64,000 nt of DNA, from the NCBI GenBank assembly GCA_964016885.1, contig OZ024749.1:34782001-34846000 (forward strand), given 5' to 3'. The position numbers were made by a program, and so were the translations under genes. This stretch comes from Eledone cirrhosa (Eukaryota). Below the pieces are notes generated by a model. It was given only the letters and a program-made list of their open reading frames with translations. It did no database searches and was not told the DNA's origin. Positions 52,779-64,000 of the stretch are shown here, one piece after another (position 1 is the first letter of the stretch; each line of letters begins with the position of its first letter).

Positions 52779-54869
52779 TATCATCATCATCATCACCGTT
52801 TTACGTCCGTTCTTCCACGCTAGCATGGGTTAGACGGGTTGTCCTGTTGTGGGCAGTGTCTGGTCGGCTGACCATGCCTTGCTCATACAGGAACTGATTT
52901 GGCTTGATTTCTACAGCTGGATGCCCTTCCTAACACCAACCTCATTTACAGTGAGTGCTGGGTGCTTTTTCGTGGCGCCTACACGTCCACTTTACAGTGT
53001 GGGCTGGGTGCTTTTTTGCCGTGGCACCTCCACGACCACCTTGCAGTGGGGGGTGTGGGGGCATATTGTCTATATGCTTCAGCTTGTACCCATGAGAGGT
53101 AGGGTACTATGTATTACTGTGTAACGCCAGAGGTCATGGTCATGTGTCATCGCCTTTGAGAAGTGGATTGGGTATGGTCGGCTTTTATCACCTCATCCCA
53201 GGTCATCCTGGGTCTCCCCACTCCGCGGTTTCCATCGACTTCTAGTGCTCTGCACCTTTTTATGCAGCTGTCATCCTTCATACGCATCACATGTCCATAC
53301 CAACGCAACCGCCTCTCCTGCACACACCATTTGATTCCTCTTATGCTCAGTCTCTCTCTCTCAATTCATTTATGCTTTGTCGTTCGCGTATATTACTATT
53401 ACACATCCATCGGAGCATGCAGGCTTCGTTTCTCTCTAATCTACGTAAGTCTTCCACCTTCAGCGCCCAGGTCTCACTACCATGCAACATTGCTGTTCGG
53501 ATACACCCATCATACAGTCTGCCTTTCATTTTGAGGGAGAAGCCTTTTGCAGCTAGCAGTGGTAGTAGTTCCCTAAACTTCTTCCATCCCGTTCTTACCC
53601 TAGTTATTGTACTTTCTGAACACCCACCTCCGCTGCTAATTCAGTCACCTAGGTAGCAGAAGCTGTCTACTGTTTCTACAGAGCCCTCCCAGAGATTGGT
53701 GGTACTCGTTTCCTGTGGCTGTTTGCTGCTTGCTGTCCCAGCACAGCTGCTGCATGTGTAGCCTACATTCTTAATTAAGCTTCCTGAGATCCCACTACAT
53801 CTCTTGTGTACCCATTGTTTGCATTTGGGGCAGAGAATGGAGTTCCTACTTACACCTTTCCTACATACTGAGCAAGGCCATTTCCCTGAGGGGATCTGGG
53901 TTCTGTCTTCTTGGACCTTAGTCTTTGTCATGTTGACTTTGAGACCCTTTCTTTCTAGTCCCTGCTTCCAAGTTTGGAATTTCTTCTCTAGTTCTACCAT
54001 AGATTCAGCTATAAGTGCGAGGTCATCAGCATACAGGAGTTCCCATGGGCATCCGGTCTTAAACTCCTCCGTTATTGCCTGCAGGACTATGATGAACAGG
54101 AGAGGGCTAAGAACAGAGCCCTGGTGGACCCCAACCTGTACGCTAAATTCCTCGCTATACTCATTGCTAATCCTAACTTTGCTGACTGCTCCCCTATACA
54201 TGGCTTGTACAGCTTTCACAAGCCATTCATCTACTCCTAGTTTTCTAAGAGCCCACCAGATTACAGCACGTGGAACTCTGTCAAAGGCTTTCTCAAGATC
54301 GACGAATGCCAGGTAGAGTGGCTTACTTTTAGCTAGGTACTTTACCCGTAACTGCCTCACAAGGAAGAGGGCATCAGTGGTGCCTCTTCCTGGTACAAAC
54401 CCAAATTGCATCTCATCTAGTTTCACCCGGTCCCTAATCAACTGTGCTATAACTCTTTCTGTTACTTTCATGACCTGGTCCATCAGCTTTATACCTCTAT
54501 AGTTTCCTCTATCGAGTGCATCACCTTTACCTTTGTAGCAGTTGACAATGATGCTACTGCACCAATCTTTTGGTATGACACCTTCTAGTATTACCTGGTT
54601 AACAATACGTGTGGTTATAGTGTGACCTACAGACCCAGATGCCTTCAGCATCTCGGCAGCTATACCCGATGGACCGGTTGCCTTTCCCATCTTCATATCT
54701 TTGATTGCCTTACTTACTACGCTGCTGCTGACTTGTACTGCTGGCCCCTCTATAGGGTCTACTTGGGGTAGGGTCTCTTCTTCCCATGCATTCTCCTCAT
54801 TTAGTAATCTATCATAATGACTCTTCCATGTATCTTTCTTCTCAGCACTTGTGAGGGCAAGCTCACCTT
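52779..54869 (-). mobile_element. 5'-truncated RTE-clade LINE (RT domain, PHD-like finger, 3' UTR, (ATG)n tail)
   Basis: ORF 53641-54696 has RT motifs KGKGD, QFGF, FVDLEKAFDRV, GVHQGSVLSP, YADD. Premature TGA at 53641-53643 with the same frame continuing; frameshift near 53355. Both flanks are (TA)n. Confidence 0.95.
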
Positions 54870-54904
54870 TATGTATATATATAAGTATGTATGTATATAA
54901 GTAT

Positions 54905-55039
<135 letters not shown>

Positions 55040-55049
55040 GTATGTATGA

Positions 55050-55383
55050 TGGAGGCACATGGCTTAGTGGGTAGAGCATTGGCCTTGCAATCGAAAGGTT
55101 GTGAGTTCAATTCTCAGACCGGGTGATGTGTTGTTTCCTTGAGCAAGACACTTTATTTCACATTGCTCCAGTTTACTCAGCTGTAGAAATGAGATGATAG
55201 GGACTGGGGTTCCTATCATTCCACTGCAAAGTGGTCGTGGAGGTGCCACAGCAAAAAAGCACCCAGCACTCACTGTAAATGAGGTTGGTGTTAGGAAGGG
55301 CATCCAGCTGTACAAATCAAGCCAGAATCAGTTCCCGTCCCACCTTTGCAAGCAGGGAAAAGCGGATGTAAAATGATGATGAT
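55050..55383 (+). mobile_element. Full-length tRNA/CORE-type SINE with RTE-derived tail
   Basis: Near-identical to 34841-35180. Confidence 0.9.
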
Positions 55384-55585
55384 GTATATATATATATATA
55401 AAGTATGTATATAAGTATGTTTATATAAATATATATATATATATATATAGTATGTATGTATATATATATATAAAGTATGTATATAAGTATGTTTATATAA
55501 ATATATATATATAGTATGTATAAATATATATATATAGTATGTATGTATATATATATATATATATATAAAGTATGTATATAAGTAT

Positions 55586-55646
<61 letters not shown>

Positions 55647-57000
55647 ATGTATGAATATATATATGTATGTTATTTTTCATTTAGGTTCCTGACAAACACA
55701 AACATTATCTTTTGAGCCAGCTCGACATGTTGTCAGTCTGTTAGTGTCAGTATATATCCTGTCTAGAACCTTCTCACCAATTGCTGCTATATTATACAAG
55801 GTGGTGTATATTGATGGTGGTGAAGGAGACTTCACTTTGCTAATTAAATTGATCAATTATCTCATTAAATCATTGACTATCTGGCTGGCTGCCAACTGAT
55901 CAGGCAAAGGTTGTATCAACTTCCTCAAGATTCTTAATTTTAGCTTCAACTTTATTTCCCCAATAAACAAGCGACTCTTTCATCATCATTACCGTCATCA
56001 TTGCCATCTTCCATCACCATTACTACCACCATTACCATCACCACCCACACCACCACCTTGTACTCTTTTGTCATCATTGTTACCATTGTCACAACCACCA
56101 TAAACATTACCACCACCACCACCACCATAAACATTACCACCACCACCACCACCACCACAGCAATTGAGCAATAGAAACTGAAAGAAAACCAAACTAAAAA
56201 TACTTTGTTGTAGTTACTTACATGTCTTTATGTTCTGAGTTCAAATTCCACTCATATCAACTTTGCCAATATTGAATTCCTCTGGGATCAATGAAACAAG
56301 TAATTAAGAACTGGAGGTCGAGTAAAAATAATTACAATTCTCCTCCAAAGGTTTTGGCTTCGTTATAAATCTGCTAACACCCTTTTTACAAAGGGTTGAA
56401 GCTATGACTTTGCAAATATTCCTAAATGGTGAACAAGTGGGATTGCCCTTTGTTAGGTACGTCTTTCTGCATGAAGTATATATAGCTAGGTGTAAGTTAC
56501 TGTACTTTAAGTGGTGAGCTGAACATGTGTTATATAGAGTACAGAGATAGATATGGTACAGAAAGTGACTCAAACACTGCTAGTCTTTGGCCACAATACT
56601 GTCACCTATATTTTAGCCTACTAAGTAGTTTTAATACAAAGCACTTAGTATAAAACTATTAGAATTTCATTTAAATTACCAACTATAATTAAATTTATTC
56701 AAACCAATTTATTAATCATTACATATGTTTCACAGAAGGTTGGCTCTAAGACTTAATCGATATGATAGACCTGACTCCAGCATCGATCTACTCATCAGAT
56801 GTTTGTATTCAATCAAATCATTTTCTTCTCTAAGACCCCACCACAACTACCACCATCTTCTGTGATATTATACTGATATATATATATATATACACCCACA
56901 CACCCAACACACAATAGCTAGTATCAGATTACTAAAGTTCTGCTAAAGTGTAGGTATATTGGGTTAAGTTTATTACACTATATATATGAATATATATATA

Positions 57001-57044
<44 letters not shown>

Positions 57045-57046
<2 letters not shown>

Positions 57047-57245
57047 GAAAAAATTCAGGACCCCGACAGCTGAGCTCTGGTCATTTCGAAAACTAGATCC
57101 AAACTGTTTGGATCTAGTTGTCGAAACGACCAGAGCTCAGCTGTCGGGGTCCTGAATCTTTTCATATTACCCACTCTGCTACCCCCAGTATCGAGTATTC
57201 TAGTGGGTTATAATCTACCTGGTTTCTACCACACCCTATCTGATA
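57045..57245 (+). mobile_element. Foldback element family F, 60-bp-arm palindrome copy
   Basis: 57045-57104 and 57106-57165 form an inverted repeat with a 1-nt spacer; preceded by (TA)n. Confidence 0.8.
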
Positions 57246-57764
57246 CACACACGCACACACACGTGTGTGTGTGTGTATGTATATATATATATATATATAT
57301 ATTTATATGTATTGGTTGTGAAATATAGAGTAGAGCAGCATTATAACTGAGCAGTATCGGTAGAGGGTCGGACGCCATGCTTTGACGCATAGAGTTACGG
57401 CCCTTGCCATTCTGAGTTCAAATCCCGCCGAGGTTAACTTTGCCTTTCATCCTTACGGGGTCGATAAAATAAAGTACCAGTAATGTACTGGGTAATTTCT
57501 GGCCTTGTGCCAATAGTAGAAACAATTATAACTGAGCTAATAAGCTATTTTACTTTTTATTATTTATTTACCTATTAGTAGTTAATAAAGAAAGCATTAT
57601 TTATTTACCTATTATTATTATTATTGTTACTTTATTGTTACTTTGTTATTGTTACTTTGTTATTGTTATTCATATTGTTTACTCGATCTTTCTGTAAAAC
57701 CCCACTGTCCCAGTCTTTTGTATTGTCCCCTATATGTCGGCCCTTGTGGCCAATAAATGAAATC

Positions 57765-58685
57765 ATTATTATTTAGATTATTATATACAGTAAATTATTA
57801 TTTAGATTATTATATACAGTAAATTATTATTTAGATTATTATATACAGTAAATTATTATTTAGATTATTATATACAGTAAATTATTATTTAGATTATTAT
57901 ATACAGTATATTATTATTTAGATTATTATATACAGTAAATTATTATTTAGATTATTATATACAGTAAATTATTATTTAGATTATTATATACAGTAAATTA
58001 TTATTTAGATTATTATATACAGTAAATTATTATTTAGATTATTATATACAGTAAATTATTATTTAGATTATTATATACAGTAAATTATTATTTAGATTAT
58101 TATATACAGTAAATTATTATTTAGATTATTATATACAGTAAATTATTATTTAGATTATTATATACAGTAAATTATTATTTAGATTATTATATACAGTAAA
58201 TTATTATTTAGATTATTATATACAGTAAATTATTATTTAGATTATTATATACAGTAAATTATTATTTAGATTATTATATACAGTAAATTATTATTTAGAT
58301 TATTATATACAGTAAATTATTATTTAGATTATTATATACAGTAAATTATTATTTAGATTATTATATACAGTAAATTATTATTTAGATTATTATATACAGT
58401 AAATTATTATTTAGATTATTATATACAGTAAATTATTATTTAGATTATTATATACAGTAAATTATTATTTAGATTATTATATACAGTAAATTATTATTTA
58501 GATTATTATATACAGTAAATTATTATTTAGATTATTATATACAGTAAATTATTATTTAGATTATTATATACAGTAAATTATTATTTAGATTATTATATAC
58601 AGTAAATTATTATTTAGATTATTATATACAGTAAATTATTATTTAGATTATTATATACAGTAAATTATTATTTAGATTATTATTA
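57765..58685. repeat. 29-bp near-perfect minisatellite, about 31 copies
   Basis: Unit ATTATTATTTAGATTATTATATACAGTAA; only one variant unit seen (near 57909). Confidence 0.95.
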
Positions 58686-59075
58686 TTTAATAGCTTTTAT
58701 AACTGGTTTATTAAAGCTCTGTCACTCTAAATATTTGTAATCTCTGTGAGAATTATTACACAAGAAGACATCAACAATTGATAACAGATCTCACATTGAT
58801 TGGAGCAACTTTGCCAGATTATATCAAATATGTATGTGTTTGGCTTTAATCTCCAGTTGATCCACTAGCAAGCAGTAAGAGATGATAAGCATTAATCTAT
58901 TGTTGATACTACTACTATGACTACTAGCTACTATGACTACTACTACTACTAGCTACTATGACTACTAGCTACTGCTACACTGCTACTACTACTACTTGTC
59001 AAGTTACAGATCATCATGATATGGTTATTTACGATGATCCAACTGAATGGATCAGCCAGCTCGTGTGTGTGTGTG

Positions 59076-59124
<49 letters not shown>

Positions 59125-59931
59125 CCACTGGAATTACAATGAAATTCCAGCCCAGATTTAATGAAAACCTAATTCAAGGACATCACGCACACACACACAC
59201 ACGCACATACAAACATCACATGTATGCACCTCTATGAATACAATGTACGTGCATACACACATATATAGACATCACTCATACATACACGCATACATACACA
59301 TGCACATACATACACATGCACATACATACACGTGCACAAAAATAACTCAAAACATATACATGCACACATACAATAACATCCATACCTGCACACACAAGCA
59401 TGCATGCAGACATGCAGACATATCTATTGAGTTGATGTTGTTTAAATTCCAATGAAAGAGTCTTGTGTCTATGTTAGAAACTGACTCTCTATTGGTAAAA
59501 ATTTATAAAATTATAAAACCAGAAGAACATACATACACATAAGTAAATTATATGTATGTATTGTTATTAATGTATGGGGTAGAAGAAGCATGTCGGTGAT
59601 GGCAGCATGTAAAACAGTAACAATATGTCAGACTGAATGAGTTAGTATAAAAGCCCAACGAAACTTTGGGTTCAAATCCCTCCAAGGTTAACTTTGCCTT
59701 TCATCCTTACGGGGTCGATAAAATAAAGTACCAGTAATGTACTGGGTAATTGCTGGCCTTGTGTCAAAAGTAGAAACAATTATCATATGCCACTGTTGTA
59801 ACTGATTACATATATCATCATCATTTTATGTCCACTTTTCCCTGCTTGCAAGGGTGGGATGGGTCCTATTCAGCACAGTATCTCTCCATTTGTCACGGTC
59901 CTTTGTCATCTCCCCCGTGAGCTTCAGTGTG

Positions 59932-59962
<31 letters not shown>

Positions 59963-60023
59963 TAGAAAGTGAGGTTTTTTTTACAAAATGAAAAATAACC
60001 GAGGTGTCCTACACGAGTGGAAG

Positions 60024-60117
60024 TATAAAGAAAAAGGGATGAAATCGAAAATGCAACTGAAGTCTTATTTTTTTTAAAAATAAGACTTCAGTTACATTTT
60101 CGATTTCATCCCTTTTT

Positions 60118-60124
<7 letters not shown>
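60024..60124. repeat. Palindrome of about 50-bp arms inside a TA-flanked segment (59962-60124)
   Basis: TATAAAGAAAAAGGGATGAAATCGAAAATGCAACTGAAGTCTTATTTTT / AAAAATAAGACTTCAGTTACATTTTCGATTTCATCCCTTTTTCTTTATA. Confidence 0.88.
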
Positions 60125-60157
<33 letters not shown>

Positions 60158-60349
60158 TCATCACTGTTTTACATGCTGGCAAGAGTTATATATTCAAAAA
60201 GTCTCAATCAACTCTTACCAACATGGAAAAGTTGACGTGATGATGATGATGGTATTATGAGAAGCAGACGTTATATATATATATATATGTGTGTGTGTGT
60301 TTGTCTATTAAATTCCAAGAATGAGAGCTTATCTATCTACCATTGTATT

Positions 60350-60832
60350 TTTAAGCCTTTTGATGCCAACTTGGCCAAAACATGTTCTAGTTCTATGAAA
60401 CAAAACCACCCATTTTAAAGGATTCCTATTTAAATTAACATCTTTCAGTGTAATTTTGTATAAGAACCATGCGTTAGCCCCTTTGATACCAACCTGGCCA
60501 AAACTAGCTCCGGTTCTATCAATTAAAACCACCCATTTTAAAGGATTCCTATTTAAATTAACATCTTTCAGTGTAATTTTGTATAAGAACCATGTGTTAG
60601 TCCCTTTGATACCAACCTGGCCAAAACTAGCTCCGGTTCTATCAATTAAAACTGCCCATTTTAAAGGGTTCCTATTTAAATCAAAGCCTTTCAACATAAA
60701 TTAATATAAGACCATATGTTATGGTACAAATACTATTTTAATAAGGAAATTTTCATAAATCCCTCCAAATTCTTCATTGAATTTATTCAAATACAGTGTA
60801 TTTCATTAGAAATACGGTAAGGAAAGGGTTAA
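60350..60832. mobile_element. MITE family A copy with its first ~123 bp tandemly triplicated
   Basis: CCCTTTGATACCAACCTGGCC-like starts near 60355, 60478 and 60602; ends ATACGGTAAGGAAAGGG-TTAA. Confidence 0.7.
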
Positions 60833-61269
60833 ATATATGTAAATAAGAGGTGAGAGGGAGATCCTACAAGACAGATTGTTTCCTAGACTTTACTGTTGTT
60901 GTTGTTGACTCTATTTTTTGATAGATGACAAATTGTGTAAGAAATTGGTCAACACATGTTTTGGTTTCTATCTCCAGACACTTGTTGATGACTGACACAA
61001 CAGAACATATATGTCAGCATGACACTGGTGGTGGTTAAATGCCTGTGGTGTTTTGATGATGATAGTGGTGATAATGGTGGAGGCCCGGTGGTGTTGTGGT
61101 GGTGGTTAGATGGTGTTGTTTATTTATGGGTCAAATTCAAACAAAGCCATTTTGTTTAACCTTTTTTTGTACCAAACCACCTAAAAACATTCCTGGTTCT
61201 ACAAAACAAAACTACTAGACTTTATGCAAGAACATATATGTTCCAAACACCAGCTTAATAATGAGAAAG

Positions 61270-61655
61270 TTTGTTGTTGTTGTTCTTCTTTTTCTTTTTC
61301 TTCTTTTTCTTATTCTTGAGATGGTCATAGGGCCAGAGTCCTCAAACACTCCCTCCTCCAGCGGGTCCAGTCTGAAGCAACCTTCTCCAACTGATCTGGC
61401 TGGATCCGCAAGTGAGACCAGCCAAGCTCATGGATGTTATCCAACCATCTTGCTCGTGGTCTACCCCTGGGTCTCCTGCCAAGTTGCTTTTATCCGTAAA
61501 ATCTGTCCAGCGATTCTTTCCTGAGACATTTCAACCACATACCCGTAGTATTGGAACTGTGGTCTCTCAATTTGGAGAAGTAGCAGCTCTACCTGGAGTG
61601 ACTCTCTGATCTCCAAGCTACACACTCTCACTCAAGTAACATTACACCAAAGACC
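61270..61655 (-). pseudogene. RTE-like 3' fragment inserted in a MITE-A copy
   Basis: Minus-strand RPGVDHEQDGW-type C-terminal remnant with an (AAG)/(AAC) tail; MITE-A halves lie on both sides. Confidence 0.55.
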
Positions 61656-62076
61656 CTTATATTACTAAATCCTTCCAAGTTCTTGAATATATTCAAAATA
61701 ATTTGGCAACCATAGGTAGTGTCTTTCATGAGAAATATTGTAAAGAAAAGGTTGAGTAATATTTGAGACCATCAGACAGACATCTGTTACTGCTAATTAT
61801 GGACTATGCCACCAAATCTACTTCCCTATCCTGTAATACACTGTTACTATTATCGACTCCATCGCTACATCTACCTCCACCCTTTGTAATACACTGACAG
61901 TATTATGGTCTCCACCCCCACCCCCTCATGTAATACACTGTGACATTCTTGGAATGTTGACAATTTTTCCACATCCTTCTCTTCCTCGCCACCCCCTCTC
62001 TCTCTCTCTCGCTCGTTCTCACTTCCTCCTCCTTGTCTGTCAGTCTGTCTCTTTTTCTCTCCCTTCCTCTTCCCCT

Positions 62077-62108
<32 letters not shown>

Positions 62109-64000
62109 ATCAATGTAGCTCTTTCTCTCACTGATGCAACTGCTGATAATATAAATCTGAAGGAATTCAGTCTCTTCAATTCGCCATATGGTGGATAGTG
62201 ATGGAGGTGGCAGTGGTGGTGATGGTGGTGGTGTAGTGGTAGGGGTGATCATGGTGGTGGTGGTGATGGTGGCAGTGGTGGTAGTAGTGATGGCTGTGGT
62301 GTTGGTGGTAGTAGCGGTTATGGTGGTAGTGGGATGGAGGGGGTTGATCAAGGTGGTGGTAGTGATGGTGGTGGTGGCAGTGGTGTTCAGCTGGGGCTAG
62401 ACATGTGACGTGATGTCGCTAACTTGACACAACAATTAGCAGCTTGACGGAGTGAGGGTGGTATTGGTGGTGGTGTTGAGAAGAGAAGTAAGGAATCACA
62501 ACAGGCTGTCTCTTTCCCTCCCTTTACTTTTCTGCCTCCCCCCTACAGTGACATAATCAATAACAGACTCTTAAAGAATGACTGAAATACTGTTGTTGTT
62601 GGTCGTGTAGTTACTGTAGTTGTTGTTGTTGTGGTTACTGGTGGTGTTATCACTGGAATCATCTGTTTTACTTGGAGTAGAGATGTCTTTGCTTGTGTTT
62701 GATGTTGTACCCCTGTGCACACACACACATATATGCTGAATACCCTAAGCACTAAGCCGCGCATCTTCACACATACACACATGCATGCATACATACATAC
62801 AGTACACGCATGCAAGCATTACACACTTACATAGATCACACACACATACACCATACATATACATACATAACACACACACACACGCACACATACATCACAC
62901 ACAGCTATATCCCACACATATATCATAAATATACATATATTGCAATTGTACACACTCTACATGTGTTTGTGTTTTGTGTCTAATAACTCTGGTGTAAGAA
63001 TACAATACATCCCTTTCTCACTTCTGGCCCAACTCACTAATTGACAATACATATAAATACTTCTATTCATAATATAAATAAGATACTTGTGACATATAGG
63101 CCCTAAATCTGGATATTTAGAGTTCTAGGCTAACCCTGTAATGTTTGACCCACTCTCCAGGTTATTCACCCCATAATCACGAATACAATAATTTCAACTT
63201 ACAGTCTAACAAACAGCTGAACCTAGGGTTTTGACACTTCTTGTTCTGACCACACTAAATTTAAAAAGTCACGAAGCCTGCATTTTCCACTATACAGCCC
63301 ACCCCACTCACAGCAAACCACGTTATAATACAATATAACCTTCTCCACTACTTTGAATATTTCCATAATATATATGGCAAATATGTTTAGTAATATATTT
63401 ATTGATTGCAGGAAATTATTACATATTTGATTTAATTATACAAATTGTGATCCTTTATGGTTGAGTAATGTGCTTCTCTGAAGTCTGTGCCCTAGGTGGT
63501 TGCCTGGTTGGCCTTAACAGTAGCATCAGCCCTGGTTACATACATATGTCTTGATTATTGCTACCTCACATAAGTTTTTCTCCTTCATAATATCACACTT
63601 GTCATGTAGACACCATATACTATGTATTCCATACACATTAACAATTCTTTTGTCACCAACTCAAGCAGTCTATTCCATCTTTGTTTTCCCAGCTGCCAAG
63701 ATTCTCAACTGTTCTTTCATGTCTATCAAATCATTTACAAAATCAAACCAATAAGGTCAATAAATGTGAAAATGTAGAGCTTTACAATACAATTACAAAA
63801 GTTTAGAATTTCTTCTCAAGTAAACTGTCTGTTATATATGCCTAGCCAACCCACACTGTTATAGAGATTAGAAGTTGTTCCTGTGTAGGAACTACCTCAT
63901 AAGATCATTTGTGAAAGTACATTACATAGGTGCAGGCATGACTGGGGTTAAAGAGTTCACTTCGCTGCCATCTAGTTCTGGGTTCAAGTCCTGTTGCGCA

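Noticed and set aside
60329-60704. 41-aa repeat ORFs
   Set aside because: Tandem triplication of a non-coding MITE end.

Overview
AT-rich, microsatellite-dense metazoan genomic DNA. The SINE, LINE and MITE repertoire looks like a coleoid cephalopod (Octopus-like); this is an inference. Nearly all ORFs in the track are microsatellite or tandem-repeat artefacts or transposon debris. The only convincing host coding sequence is a probable first coding exon at 23146-23250 (+), resembling the N-terminus of CREB3L1/CREB3L2/CrebA, followed by what appears to be a very long first intron. Mobile elements: a non-autonomous Helitron (1002-1705), an internally deleted DD37D/maT transposon (6891-7772), a 5'-truncated RTE LINE with a PHD-like finger (52779-54869), CR1 and RTE fragments, at least two tRNA-SINE families, nested TTAA-specific MITEs and several minisatellites. 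The most notable signal is a set of unrelated short (about 150-400 bp) elements sitting in (TA)n tracts that carry type I hammerhead ribozyme folds (3590-3655 +, 4489-4553 -, 9320-9431 -, 42378-42444 -, plus U3-A8 core variants at about 4051-4098 and 8915-8951). Many have folded back into long palindromes, as expected for Penelope-like (PLE) pseudo-LTRs or retrozyme-type elements. All folds were derived by eye; no folding or database search was run.
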